64,000 bases of DNA from an uncultured Gemmatimonadales bacterium (GCA_963779755.1 CAVZZO010000003.1:1248001-1312000), one strand, 5' to 3'; positions 1 through 9,962 are shown, numbered from the stretch's first letter. A program made the numbers and translations. Notes: generated by a model not told the origin, from the letters alone.

Positions 1-835
1 CACTTCGGGCCCCCTCCGGGCGGCATTCGGGAGCGTGCGCGACCATGTGCTCGGCTGCTCGGTGATCACGGGCGAGGGGCGCCGGATCAGCGTGGGCGGG
101 CGGGTGGTGAAGAACGTGGCGGGCTACGATCTGACGCGGCTGCAGATCGGCGCCTTCGGTGCCTTCGGGCTCATCACCGAGGCCCACCTGCGGCTGCGCG
201 CGCTACCCCGCGCCGACCGGACCCTGCTCTGCCGGGGGTCCCGCGCCCGGCTGCTCGCCGCGGCGCGCGCATTGCGTGAAGCCCGGCGCATTCCCGCCGC
301 CCTCGAGCTGCTCTCGCCCGCGGCCGCCGCCGAGTCCGACTGGGTGCTGGCCGCCCGGGTGCTGGGCGCCGGCGAGGCGGTGAAAGCGGAGGTGCGGCAG
401 ATTCCCGCCGCCTCCGGGGCCAGCTGGAGCGAGCTGGAAGCCCTGCAGAGCGGCAACTTCTGGAGCATGGCCGGCCGGTCGGTGCTGTCGGCTGCGGTCA
501 CCCTCCGACTGGCGGCGCTGCCCGCGGGTCTGGACGACCTGCTGGACCTGGTGACCCACGACCTGGGCGAAGGACTGGTCAGCGCCGGGGCGGGCGACGG
601 GCTGGTCCGCTGGGCGGGCGAGGCGCGGGCGGAGCAGATCCTCCGCCTGCGACAGACATGCGCCCGGCGCGAGATCCCGCTGACCCTGGAGCGGGGGCCC
701 TGGCCGCTGCGCCGCGGCGTCGGCCATTTCGGTGCCTATCACGAAGGCGTGGGCGGACTGGTGGAGCGGCTGCGGGATACGTTCGACCCGAACCGCGTGT
801 TCAGCCTGGCGCTCGAGTCTCCCGTCGATGGCTGA
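1..835 (+). CDS. glcE: FAD-binding oxidoreductase, glycolate oxidase subunit GlcE-like (5' end outside window)
   Basis: GGRVVKNVAGYDL and FDP C-terminal motifs of FAD-linked oxidases; overlaps a glcF-like gene. Confidence 0.8.
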   Translation, partial: TSGPLRAAFGSVRDHVLGCSVITGEGRRISVGGRVVKNVAGYDLTRLQIGAFGAFGLITEAHLRLRALPRADRTLLCRGSRARLLAAARALREARRIPAALELLSPAAAAESDWVLAARVLGAGEAVKAEVRQIPAASGASWSELEALQSGNFWSMAGRSVLSAAVTLRLAALPAGLDDLLDLVTHDLGEGLVSAGAGDGLVRWAGEARAEQILRLRQTCARREIPLTLERGPWPLRRGVGHFGAYHEGVGGLVERLRDTFDPNRVFSLALESPVDG

Positions 836-2057
836 ACCCTTCGCGGCGCTGGACGCGTGCGTGCATTGCGGTTTCTGTCTGCCCGCCTGCCCCACCTATC
901 TCGCCACCGGCGACGAGGCCGACAGCCCGCGCGGCCGGATCCTCCTCATGCGGGCGCTGGAGCGAGGCGAGCTCCCCGCCGATGACCCGGCACTGCTGGA
1001 ACATCTCGACGCCTGCCTGGGCTGCCGCGGCTGCGAGCCGGTCTGCCCCTCCGGGGTGGAATACGGCCGCGGCCTGGAAGCCGCACGCGCGCTGCTGACA
1101 GAATCCCGCGGACTGCCTGCCCGCGCGCGCGCCCTGCTGGCGGTGTTCCGCCGCCGCTGGCTCTGGCGCCCGCTGTTCAGCCTGGGTCGGGCACTGCGGG
1201 CGACCCGTATCCCCCGGCTGGCGGCGGGCGGCAGCCAGCTGGGATTCGGCATGGGGATGCTGGCGGCAACGGACGGCGGTCGGGCCACCGGGCGGGCAGG
1301 GGCGCGGCGTGCCTCGTCCCTGCCCTCACCCGACCGCCCCACCGCCCTGCTCTTCCGCGGCTGTGTCATGGACACGCTCTTCGCACATGTCCACGCCGCC
1401 ACCCGCAGGGTGCTCGAGGCCAACGGGTTCACCGTGCTGGAAGCGCCCGGCCAGGTCTGTTGCGGCGCGCTGCACGCCCATGCAGGCGACCGGGCCGGCG
1501 CGGAGGCGCTGGCCCGGATCAATCTCCTCGCGCTGGCGCGGGGTGCCGATTACATCGTGGTGAACAGCGCGGGCTGCGGAGCGCACCTGCGCGATTACGG
1601 ACACCTGCTGGACGACGAGGCGGCCCGCCAGTTCGCCGGACGGGTCCGCGACGTGTCGCAGCTCCTGGCGCAGGCCGGCCCGCGGCGCGGCGGCCCCGTC
1701 CCCTTGCGGGTGGCGTACGACGCGCCCTGTCATCTGCAGCATGCGCAGGGCGTTCACCAGGAGGTCCTGGCTCTCTTCGATGCCATCCCCGGTCTGGAGC
1801 TGCAACTGCTCCCCGGATACGACCAGTGCTGCGGCAGCGCCGGGATCTACTCGCTCCTGCAGCCCGCGATGTCCCGTGCCGTGCTCGAAGCGAAGATCAG
1901 GGCCATTGCCGCAGCCTCCCCGCGGCCGGACCTCGTCGCCACGGGCAACCCCGGATGCCTGATGCAGATCGGGGCCGGGCTCCGGGCAGCCGGGCTCAAC
2001 ATCCCGGTGGTGCACCCGGTGGAGTTGCTGGATTGGAGCTACCGCGGAATTTCCTGA
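828..2057 (+). CDS. glcF: Glycolate oxidase iron-sulfur subunit GlcF-like
   Basis: CVHCGFCLPACP and CLGCRGCEPVCP 4Fe-4S motifs, two CCG domains, NPGC; ATG at 828 overlaps the glcE end. Confidence 0.88.
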   Translation: MAEPFAALDACVHCGFCLPACPTYLATGDEADSPRGRILLMRALERGELPADDPALLEHLDACLGCRGCEPVCPSGVEYGRGLEAARALLTESRGLPARARALLAVFRRRWLWRPLFSLGRALRATRIPRLAAGGSQLGFGMGMLAATDGGRATGRAGARRASSLPSPDRPTALLFRGCVMDTLFAHVHAATRRVLEANGFTVLEAPGQVCCGALHAHAGDRAGAEALARINLLALARGADYIVVNSAGCGAHLRDYGHLLDDEAARQFAGRVRDVSQLLAQAGPRRGGPVPLRVAYDAPCHLQHAQGVHQEVLALFDAIPGLELQLLPGYDQCCGSAGIYSLLQPAMSRAVLEAKIRAIAAASPRPDLVATGNPGCLMQIGAGLRAAGLNIPVVHPVELLDWSYRGIS

Positions 2058-2180
2058 GCCGCCCTGCGGAGACACGGAGGAAGAGCGGCTCGGCGCGGCG
2101 GTTTACTGTGGGGGAGAAGCGGATTACGCTTGGGCCATGAGCCGCACGCTGCGCCGGCAGCACCCGCCGGGTGAACGGGA

Positions 2181-3183
2181 ATGATCGTCGATCACGTAAT
2201 CGACGCCATGCAGTTGCGGCGCGTGCGCCAGGGTGCGGTGGCCGCGCGCGCGCCCTGCGCCATCTTCGAACTCGCCGGCGGCGGCGCGGCCGATTGTCTC
2301 CAGGGCCTGCTGACCAACGACGTGGTACAGCCCGGCCCCGGACGGCTCATCTATGGGGCTCTGCTGACTCCCAAGGGCATGATCGCGGTGGACCTCTGGG
2401 TGCTCCGCCTGGCCGACCGGTTCCTCCTGCTGACCGAACCGCAGGGCCGGGGGCCGGCCTCGGAGATCTTCCGCCGGACCCTCCCGCCGCGTCTGGCACG
2501 GACCACCGACCTGACCGACAGCTACGCCGCGGCCTGGCTGCTGGGAGAGCAGATCGCCGAGATCCTGCAGGAGAGCGGCGACCTGGCGGACGACCACGCC
2601 CCGGGCCAGGTGCAACTGCTTCCGGCCAAGGGAAAGACGGTGCTTGCTGGCCCGCCCGGAACCGACGGCCCCCTTTGCCTTCCTCCTGGTGGGAGAGCGG
2701 ACGGCGCTCGACGCCAGGATCGAATCCATCCGCGATCGCGGCGCCCTGCCGGGCGACGTGGTGGACCTCGCGGCGGCGCGGATTCTCGCCGGCTGGCCCG
2801 CCCTGGGCGCCGAGATCGACGAGCGGACGCTGCCGCAGGAGGTTCGCTTCGACGAACTGGGAGGCGTGTCCTACACCAAGGGCTGCTACATCGGACAGGA
2901 AACGGTTGCGCGGGTGCACTTCCGCGGGCATCCCAACCGGATGCTCCGGGGCCTGCTCTGGCGCACGCCCGAAGGACTGGAAGGGCGGGTCATCTCCACC
3001 GCCGAGCGCGAGGTCGGGATGGTGCGCTCCACCCTGGAGCTGCCGGACCGGCGCATCGGGCTGGCTCCGGTGCGGCGCGAGGTCGATCCGGGCACCGAGG
3101 TGCTGGCCGGGGGCCGGCCCGCGACGGTGGTCGCGCTCCCCTTCCAGGAGGCCGACCTGGGCGACCTGCAGGACGGCGCGTAA
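2181..3183 (+). pseudogene. ygfZ: YgfZ/GcvT-like folate-binding protein split by a +1 frameshift near 2644 (pseudogene or sequencing error)
   Basis: LQGLLTND and LLTPKG in the frame of 2181; KGCYIGQE signature in the frame of 2644..3183; removing one T from gtgcttgctg joins the two. Confidence 0.75.
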
Positions 3184-3189
3184 ACAGCA

Positions 3190-3216
3190 AGGCCCCGGCC
3201 GTGCCGGCCGGGGCCT
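3190..3216. terminator. GC hairpin between convergent genes, probable terminator
   Basis: Perfect 12-bp stem aggccccggccg/cggccggggcct with 3-nt loop. Confidence 0.65.
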
Positions 3217-3239
3217 CCTGGACCGCGAAACGGTCCTGC

Positions 3240-3440
3240 TTACATCTGGCTCGTCGTATCGCGGGGCATGGTGCTATCGTTCATCATCATGCCGGTATCG
3301 GGCGCCATGGTGTCCGGAGCCATCATGGTGGTGTCGTGCATCATCATGCCGGACGAATCGGCGGCCGGGGTATTCTCGGGCTTCTTCTCACAGGCGGCGA
3401 CGAGCAGAACCGCTGCGGCAACCAGCAGAGCCTTCTTCAT
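3240..3440 (-). CDS. Small Met-rich lipoprotein (66 aa)
   Basis: GGAG RBS; MKKALLVAAAVLLVAAC lipobox; repeated (M)MxxDT/S units. Confidence 0.75.
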   Translation of the reverse strand: MKKALLVAAAVLLVAACEKKPENTPAADSSGMMMHDTTMMAPDTMAPDTGMMMNDSTMPRDTTSQM

Positions 3441-3690
3441 AATGCACTCCTCAACGCGGGACGGGATGGGTTGAACAGGCTTCCGATGCCACTGCTGTTG
3501 CCGGGCATACGCGCGCGACAAGGTATTACTTGCCCGGGAAATGTCAAGCAGCCCCGGAATCGCCGAAAGCCCTGGAAAACGACGCCAGGCATTGCGCCGG
3601 TTCCCTCCCGCCCCGTCGCGGGCCGCTGCCCGGATCGTCCGGGCCATGCTAACAGCTTATTCAACAACAGCTTAGAAGAGTCGTCACATC

Positions 3691-5157
3691 ATGAATCTTC
3701 CCCGTACCCTTGGTGAACTGAAGCAGAGCCCCTGGGCCGAGGCCCCCCTGCGGGGGCGAACGGTCCGGGATGAGCTGCGACAGAACGTGCTGGCCACCCT
3801 CCAGCGCGGCGATCCCCTGTTTCCCGGCATCGTGGGCTATGAAGACACGATCATCCCCCAGCTGATCAACGCGTTGTTGTCGCGGCACCATTTCATCCTG
3901 CTGGGCCTGCGCGGCCAGGCGAAGAGCCGGATTCTGCGCTCGCTGGTCCGCTTTCTGGACGAGCGGATTCCCATCGTGGCCGGCAGCGAGGTGAATGACG
4001 ATCCCTTTGCCCCCATTTCCAAGTACGCGCACGAGCGCCTGGCGGAATGCGGCGATGCCACGGCCATCGGCTGGCTGGAGCGCGACCACCGCTACGTGGA
4101 GAAGCTGGCCACCCCGGACGTGACCATCGCGGACATTCTGGGCGACGTGGATCCCATCAAGGCCGCGCGGGGCGGGCATGTCCTTTCCGACGAGCTGACC
4201 ATGCACTTTGGCCTGCTGCCGCGGGCCAACCGCGGAATCTTCGTGATCAACGAGCTGCCCGACCTGAGCGGCAAGATCCAGGTGGGCCTGTTCAACATCA
4301 TGCAGGAAGGCGACGTCCAGATCAAAGGCTATCCGGTCCGTCTCGCGCTCGACGTGCTCATGGCCTTTACCGCGAACCCGGAGGACTATACCGCGCGCGG
4401 CAAGATCATCACCCCGCTCAAGGACCGGATCGGGTCCGAAGTCCTCACGCACTATCCCCGCGACGTGGAACTGGGCATGGCGATCACCCGGCAGGAAGCC
4501 TGGACCGACCGCGCCACCGGACAGGCGGTCACGGTGCCGGACTTCGTCGCCGAGCTGATCGAGCGGATCGCGTTCGAGGCGCGGGAAGACAAGCGCATCG
4601 ACCGGCGCTCGGGAGTGAGCCAGCGGCTGCCCATCAGCGTGATGGAAAATGTGATCTCCAACGCCGAGCGGCGATCCCTGGCACTGGGCGAAGAGACCGT
4701 CGTCCCCCGGGTGAGCGATGTCTACGCCGCCATTCCCTCCATTACCGGCAAGCTGGAGCTGGAATACGAGGGCGAGCTGCAGGGCGGCGACACCATCGCC
4801 CGCGAGCTCATCCGGCGTGCGGCCGGACGGGTCATGGAAGAGCGGTTGCCCGAAGCCGATGTGGACGACATCGTCGCCTGGTTCGATCAGGGCGGCGCGC
4901 TCAAGGTGGCTACCGACGAGCGTACCGAGACCTGCCTCACGGGCTTCGGCGTAGTACCGGGGCTGGTGGACCTGGCGTACGACTACGCCCTGGCCGACCG
5001 CGACCATCCCGGCCACGCCGTGGCCGCCTGCGAGCTGGTACTGGAAGGGCTGGCCGCCGAGAAACGGATTACCCGGAGCGAAGAACTGGGCTACATCCGC
5101 GCCCGCCCGGAGCGGCGCGAGCCGCCCTTCGGGAAGGGGGGGATGAACTTCGGGTGA
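3691..5157 (+). CDS. MoxR/Mg-chelatase subunit I-like AAA+ ATPase
   Basis: Walker A GLRGQAKS, FVINELPDL, TANPEDYT, LKDRIGS motifs. Confidence 0.85.
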   Translation: MNLPRTLGELKQSPWAEAPLRGRTVRDELRQNVLATLQRGDPLFPGIVGYEDTIIPQLINALLSRHHFILLGLRGQAKSRILRSLVRFLDERIPIVAGSEVNDDPFAPISKYAHERLAECGDATAIGWLERDHRYVEKLATPDVTIADILGDVDPIKAARGGHVLSDELTMHFGLLPRANRGIFVINELPDLSGKIQVGLFNIMQEGDVQIKGYPVRLALDVLMAFTANPEDYTARGKIITPLKDRIGSEVLTHYPRDVELGMAITRQEAWTDRATGQAVTVPDFVAELIERIAFEAREDKRIDRRSGVSQRLPISVMENVISNAERRSLALGEETVVPRVSDVYAAIPSITGKLELEYEGELQGGDTIARELIRRAAGRVMEERLPEADVDDIVAWFDQGGALKVATDERTETCLTGFGVVPGLVDLAYDYALADRDHPGHAVAACELVLEGLAAEKRITRSEELGYIRARPERREPPFGKGGMNFG

Positions 5158-5160
5158 GGA

Positions 5161-5268
5161 AGTCGCCAGTCGCCAGTCGCCAGTCGCGGCAGGATATCGC
5201 TCCGGCGCAGCTTCGCAATGGTCCGGGTGTGCAGACTGGTGACTAGCGACTAATGACTAGCGACTACC
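5161..5268. repeat. Inverted pair of 7-bp tandem arrays (AGTCGCC x4 / GACTRRN x5)
   Basis: agtcgcc repeats 5161-5187; degenerate complement gactggt-gactagc-gactaat-gactagc-gactacc 5234-5268; between convergent genes. Confidence 0.8.
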
Positions 5269-5881
5269 ACCCCATCGCCCGCGCCCGGGCCACGATCAGG
5301 TCGGCGGCGCCGTCGTAGCCCAGGGCGGCGGTGTTGAGCACCATGTGATAGCCGGCCGGATCGGCCCAGTCCCGCTGGTAGAATTCCTCATGATAGGCCC
5401 GCCGGTGCTCGTCCCGCTCATCGGTCAGCTCGCCGGCGCGCTCGGCGCTCAGGTGCTCGCGCTCCATCACCACCCGGACCCGGAAGTCGCGGGGCGCCAC
5501 CAGCAGCACGTGCAGCGCCTCCGGACGGCTGGCGAGCACCGCCACCGCGGCCCGGCCCACCAGGACCACCCGGCCCTTCGTGGCAAGCTCCTCCACCACC
5601 CGCTCGGTGATCCGCACCAGCGAGGCCTCGTCCAGATCCTCCAGCGGAATCCCGGGCGTCAGCACCTCCACCGGCGCCGCGACCAGCGCGCGGGCCAGGC
5701 GCTCGACGAACGAGGGCGGCCGCTCCTCCCGTTTGGCGACTTCATCGGGCGACATGCCGGCCTGGCGGGCCACGGCCTCGATCAGCTCGTTGTCCACCAC
5801 CGTCCAGCCGAGCTGGCCGGCAGCGAGCCGGGCTACGGCGGATCCGCCGGCGCCGAACTGGCGGGAGATGGTGATGAGCAT
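5264..5881 (-). CDS. Cytidylate kinase-like family protein
   Basis: ITISRQFGAGG P-loop variant, VLVGR, RDEHRRAY, YHMVLNT. Confidence 0.85.
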   Translation of the reverse strand: MLITISRQFGAGGSAVARLAAGQLGWTVVDNELIEAVARQAGMSPDEVAKREERPPSFVERLARALVAAPVEVLTPGIPLEDLDEASLVRITERVVEELATKGRVVLVGRAAVAVLASRPEALHVLLVAPRDFRVRVVMEREHLSAERAGELTDERDEHRRAYHEEFYQRDWADPAGYHMVLNTAALGYDGAADLIVARARAMGW

Positions 5882-5902
5882 GGGATGAATATGGCGGAAG
5901 AG

Positions 5903-6001
5903 CGGGAAAGGGGAAAAGGGAACAGGGGAATGGGGAATGGGAACGGGCTCAGGCCGGCACCGAGGTCCTCCCGGTTCCCTGTTCCCCCTTCCCCTTTCCC
6001 G
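5903..6001. repeat. Inverted 7-bp GGGAANN / NNTTCCC tandem arrays
   Basis: Purine arm 5903-5947 and pyrimidine arm 5968-6001; the latter encodes the C-terminal tail of the MFS protein. Confidence 0.8.
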
Positions 6002-7226
6002 GCTTTCGCGCGCTCCAGATCACGCCGGCGGCCACGATCATGCAGATGATCCCCCCCAGCCTGAACGACCACTGCACCCCAAAGTGCTCTGCCACCCAGC
6101 CTGCCTGGAAGGCGCCGAAGGGGGAGAGACCGAGTACCAGAAAGGAGTACACCCCCATGACCCGGCCGCGGAGCTGGTCGGGGGCTTCGGTCTGCAGCAG
6201 CGTGTTGGTGAGCACGCTGGCACCCACCATCGCCGTGCCGGCGACGGTCAGGAGCGCCAGGGCCAGCCAGAAGCTGTCGAAGAAGGAAGCGCTGATGAGT
6301 CCGGCCCCGAACATGAGCCCGGAGAACAGCAGCACCCGGCGGCGCGGCAGCCGGTGGCCGAACGCCGCCAGGAAGAGCGCGGCGGCCGAGGCGCCCACCC
6401 CGCTGGCGCTCACCAGGGTGCCATATCCGGAGGCGCCGACCTTGAGCACCTCGCGCGCCAGCACCGGCAGCATGGGGATAAAGGCGGCCCCGAAGACGCT
6501 GAAGGTCCCCGTGAGGATCACCAGGCGCCGGGGCCAGGGCTCGCCCAGCATGTAGGCCATCCCCTCGCGGAAGGCGCGCCTGGGCTGCTCCCCGAGCTCC
6601 CGGCGGTAGGGCGGCAGCCGCATGAGGAGAAGCCCGGTGATCACCGCGATGTAGCTGGCGGCATTGACAAAGAAGCAGGCCGCGAGCCCGACCGACGCGA
6701 TCAGCACGCCCGCAATGGCCGGCCCCAGGATCCGGCTCACGTTGAAGACCGACGAGTTGAGCGCGATGGCGTTCATCAGCGAATCGCGATCGGTCATCTC
6801 CACGATGAAAGCCTGGCGGGTCGGGACCTCGAACGCCGACAGCGTCCCGAAGAAGACTGCCAGCCCGGCCACCCAGGGCACGCTGATGTGGCCCGTCACC
6901 TGAAGAATGCCGAGGGAGGTGGCCTCCAGCAGCATCAGCGACTGGAGAATGAGAATGAGCCGGTGCCGGTTCACCCGGTCGGCGATCACCCCGCCGTAGA
7001 GCGAGAAGAGCAGGATCGGCAGCGAGCCCAGGGCGCTCACCAGGCCCACCGTAAAGGCGGAGTTGGACAGCTGCAGCACCAGCCACCCCACCGCCACCCG
7101 CTGAATCCAGGTGCCCGAGAGCGAAATGAACTGCCCGATGAGAAACAGGCGGAAATTGCGGTAGCGCAGGGCGCCGAAGGACGGCGGGGGCTGCGCGGGG
7201 AGCGGATCGCGGGCGGAAATGGTCAC
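5949..7226 (-). CDS. MFS transporter (MFS_3/DHA3-like)
   Basis: ALRYRNFRLF..GQFISLSGTW start, GGVIADRVNR motif A, LRGRVM, about 12 hydrophobic segments; GTG start inferred. Confidence 0.88.
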   Translation of the reverse strand: MTISARDPLPAQPPPSFGALRYRNFRLFLIGQFISLSGTWIQRVAVGWLVLQLSNSAFTVGLVSALGSLPILLFSLYGGVIADRVNRHRLILILQSLMLLEATSLGILQVTGHISVPWVAGLAVFFGTLSAFEVPTRQAFIVEMTDRDSLMNAIALNSSVFNVSRILGPAIAGVLIASVGLAACFFVNAASYIAVITGLLLMRLPPYRRELGEQPRRAFREGMAYMLGEPWPRRLVILTGTFSVFGAAFIPMLPVLAREVLKVGASGYGTLVSASGVGASAAALFLAAFGHRLPRRRVLLFSGLMFGAGLISASFFDSFWLALALLTVAGTAMVGASVLTNTLLQTEAPDQLRGRVMGVYSFLVLGLSPFGAFQAGWVAEHFGVQWSFRLGGIICMIVAAGVIWSARKPGKGKGEQGTGRTSVPA

Positions 7227-7238
7227 GCGCCGGATAGT

Positions 7239-7411
7239 AAAGGGGAAAAGGAAAACGGGAATGGGGAAACGGGAAGAGGTGAGGCATACGGGGCGCCACG
7301 CCCTGCCTCCTCGGCCCTCCCGCCCTGCAGCCTTACCAGAAAATGTGCCGGATGTTATGCATTCGAAGAGGGGGTCTGCCAGTTCCCATTTCCCTTTTCC
7401 CCATTCCCCCG
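7239..7411. repeat. Inverted 7-bp GGGAANN arrays around a divergent intergenic region
   Basis: Purine arm 7239-7279, pyrimidine arm 7383-7411, about 100-bp spacer. Confidence 0.75.
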
Positions 7412-7416
7412 TTCGT

Positions 7417-8703
7417 ATGCGCTTCACCACCTACTCCAAATTCGTCCCCGGCCTGGCCGACGCCGTCAATCTCCAGAGCCTCCTCGACCAGCTGGGCGAC
7501 TTCCTGCTCCAGTCGGGGTTTGCCGGCGGGGGGAACTACCCCTTCTGGGACGACGAAGAGCAGCAGCATTCGATGGACGCCCTGCGCCAGGCCATTCTCC
7601 AGGCGCTGATGGACTCGGGCCAGCTGACTCCCGAGATGCTCAAGGTCCTGCGGGGCGAGAGCACGGGAGACGCCGAGCGCGACCGGCAGATCCAGCAGGA
7701 GCTGGCGCAGCTGCTGGACCAGATCGTCCAGCGGCTGGTGGAGGAGGGCTATCTCAGCGCTACCGAAGCGCCCCAGATGCCGGCCGGCTACCAGAACATG
7801 ACGGGGCCGGGGGGCGAGGCCAAAGCGGCCGCGCAACAGGTGCAGTTCAATCTGACGGAAAAGGGCATCGACTTTCTGGGCTACAAGACGCTGCGCAACC
7901 TGCTGGGCGCCATCGGCAAGTCCAGCTTCGGCTCGCACGAGACGGCACACCTGGCCACCAGTGTCGAAGCCGAGGCGGCGAGCAAGCCCTATGAGTTCGG
8001 CGATACGCTGAACCTGGACGTGCCGGCGACCCTCACCCACGCCATCGCGCGCGAGGGGCTGGGGGTGCCGATCAACCTGGATTACGGCGACCTCATGGTG
8101 CATCAGAGCGAGTACCGCTCGTCGTCGGCCACGGTGCTCATGCTGGACTGCTCACACTCGATGATTCTTTACGGGGAAGACCGGTTCACGCCGGCCAAGA
8201 AGGTGGCGCTGGCGCTCACCCATCTGATCCGCACCCAGTACCCCGGCGACACGCTCAAGGTGGTCCTCTTCCACGATTCGGCGGAGGAGATTCCGTTGCC
8301 GGGGCTGGCCCGGGCGCAGGTGGGCCCGTACCACACCAATACCGCGGAGGGGCTCAAGCTGGCGCGGCGGATCCTGAGCGGCCAGAAGAAGGACATGAAG
8401 CAGATCATCATGATTACCGACGGCAAGCCGTCGGCGCTCACCATGCCGGACGGCCGGGTCTATGTGAACAGCATGGGGCTCGATCCGATGATCCTGAAGG
8501 CCACCTTCCGCGAGGTGGCCAACTGCCGCCGCAGCGGGATCATGATCAATACCTTCATGCTGGCGCGCGACCGGAGCCTGGTGGAGTTCGTGAAGCAGGT
8601 GGCGCAGATCTGCCGGGGCAAGGCCTACTTCACCAACACGATGACGCTGGGGCAGTTCATCCTGATGGATTTCATGAAAAGGAAGACGAGGAAGGTGTCG
8701 TAG
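7417..8703 (+). CDS. VWA domain protein (likely partner of the AAA+ ATPase)
   Basis: [24 protein letters not shown]. Confidence 0.85.
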   Translation: MRFTTYSKFVPGLADAVNLQSLLDQLGDFLLQSGFAGGGNYPFWDDEEQQHSMDALRQAILQALMDSGQLTPEMLKVLRGESTGDAERDRQIQQELAQLLDQIVQRLVEEGYLSATEAPQMPAGYQNMTGPGGEAKAAAQQVQFNLTEKGIDFLGYKTLRNLLGAIGKSSFGSHETAHLATSVEAEAASKPYEFGDTLNLDVPATLTHAIAREGLGVPINLDYGDLMVHQSEYRSSSATVLMLDCSHSMILYGEDRFTPAKKVALALTHLIRTQYPGDTLKVVLFHDSAEEIPLPGLARAQVGPYHTNTAEGLKLARRILSGQKKDMKQIIMITDGKPSALTMPDGRVYVNSMGLDPMILKATFREVANCRRSGIMINTFMLARDRSLVEFVKQVAQICRGKAYFTNTMTLGQFILMDFMKRKTRKVS

Positions 8704-8732
8704 GGCAGCGTTACGTCTTACCTTCCCGGGCG

Positions 8733-9416
8733 ATGCCCGCCCTCGCCGCCCTCGAACGCCGCATCCCCGCCTGTTCGCGCTGCCCCGAATTACGCCGTTA
8801 CTGCGCCCGCATCGCCCGGGAGAAGAAGCGCGCCTACCGCGACTGGGACTACTGGGGCCGGCCCGTCCCCGGCTTCGGCGACCCGCGGGCGCGGCTCCTC
8901 ATCGTCGGCCTGGCGCCGGCCGCGCACGGCGCCAACCGCACCGGCCGCATGTTCACCGGCGACTCCAGCGGCGACTGGCTCTACCACGCGCTCCACCGCT
9001 ACGGCTTCGCCAGCCGGGGCGAGTCGGTCTCGCGCGACGACGGCCTGCGGCTGGTGGACTGCTTCATCAGCGCCGCCCTCCGCTGCGCACCGCCCGGCAA
9101 CAAGCCCACCCGCGCCGAGATGGAGCGCTGCCGGCCATGGCTGGTGCAGGAGATGGCCCTGCTCACCCGCGTCCGGGTCGTGGTAGTGCTGGGGCGTATC
9201 GCCTGGCAGAACTGGCTCCAGGCGGCGGGCTGGTGGGAGCGGCTGGCCCCGCGGGAGCGTCCGCCCTTCGGGCACGGCGAAGCCCGGACCCTGCCGGACG
9301 GCACCACGCTGATTTCGTCCTACCATCCCAGCCGGCAGAATACCAATACAGGGCGGCTGGGACGGGCGGCGTTTCATGCGATCTTTCAGAGGGCGAGAGA
9401 AGCGGTGCGCGGCTAA
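8733..9416 (+). CDS. udgB: Uracil-DNA glycosylase family 5
   Basis: CxxC, GLAPAAHGANRTGRMFTGD, RCAPPGNKP, YHPSRQNTNTG. Confidence 0.88.
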   Translation: MPALAALERRIPACSRCPELRRYCARIAREKKRAYRDWDYWGRPVPGFGDPRARLLIVGLAPAAHGANRTGRMFTGDSSGDWLYHALHRYGFASRGESVSRDDGLRLVDCFISAALRCAPPGNKPTRAEMERCRPWLVQEMALLTRVRVVVVLGRIAWQNWLQAAGWWERLAPRERPPFGHGEARTLPDGTTLISSYHPSRQNTNTGRLGRAAFHAIFQRAREAVRG

Positions 9417-9418
9417 GG

Positions 9419-9590
9419 GATGGGAGAAGGACGGGAAGAAGACGGGAGAAGGACGGGAGAAGGACGGGAAAGAAGACGGGAGAAGGACGGGAAGAAGACG
9501 GGAGAAGGACGGGAAGAAGGACGGGAGAAGGACGGGAAGAAGACGGGAGAAGGACGGGAAGAGGACGGGAGGAAGACGGGAGGAGGGTAG
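9419..9590 (+). repeat. Purine-rich tandem array of about 15 x 11-bp GACGGGA-NNNN
   Basis: Mostly alternating GACGGGAGAAG / GACGGGAAGAA units (two are 12 bp), starting right after the udgB stop. Confidence 0.95.
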
Positions 9591-9605
9591 GAGCGGGGGC
9601 AGGGG

Positions 9606-9962
9606 TTAGCGCGGACCCAGCGAGGTGTACTGCCTCCAGACAAGGCGCGCGGCGTACTGCCGCATCTGCTCGGACCGGTCGTAATCGCCCCCGGAGAGAA
9701 ACCTCTGATCGCGGGCAAAGCGCAGAATGACCTGCAATTCGGCGAGGGATGATCGAGCGATGTCCAGAAACCGCCGCAACTCGCCCCTGCCCCAGCGCGA
9801 ATTGCCCTCCGCAATGTTCGCCGGTACGGAAAACGCTGCCCGACGGGCCTGTGAGGTCAAGCCGTACAACTCATCCCGAGGCCATTTTCTCGTGACCCGG
9901 TAAACCTCGCCGGCCAACTCGTAGGACACCTGCCAGCTGCGAAGCTTCTCATGCTCGGCCAT
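9606..9962 (-). CDS. Four helix bundle protein (23S rRNA intervening-sequence protein / Avd-like family)
   Basis: KLRSWQ..ELYGLTSQARRAAFSVPANIAEG..FLDIARSSLAEL signature. Confidence 0.9.
   Translation of the reverse strand: MAEHEKLRSWQVSYELAGEVYRVTRKWPRDELYGLTSQARRAAFSVPANIAEGNSRWGRGELRRFLDIARSSLAELQVILRFARDQRFLSGGDYDRSEQMRQYAARLVWRQYTSLGPR

Noticed and set aside
2644..3716. C-terminal part of the 511-aa ORF 2181-3716 as a real protein
   Set aside because: After the frameshift it is off-frame Arg/Gly-rich sequence that runs through a terminator and an opposite-strand gene.
3691..5157. True magnesium chelatase / photosynthesis gene
   Set aside because: No bch, chl or cob genes nearby; pairing with a VWA protein fits a MoxR-like chaperone system.
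9419..9590. CRISPR array
   Set aside because: Units are 11 bp with no unique spacers, and there are no cas genes.
9137..9814. ORFs reading through the purine array (EDGRRTG or PSSSRPS repeats)
   Set aside because: Translations of the DNA repeat that overlap udgB or the four-helix-bundle gene and lack an RBS.
9606..9962. Diversity-generating retroelement (Avd-like gene)
   Set aside because: No reverse transcriptase and no TR/VR pair with adenine-specific mismatches is visible in the window.
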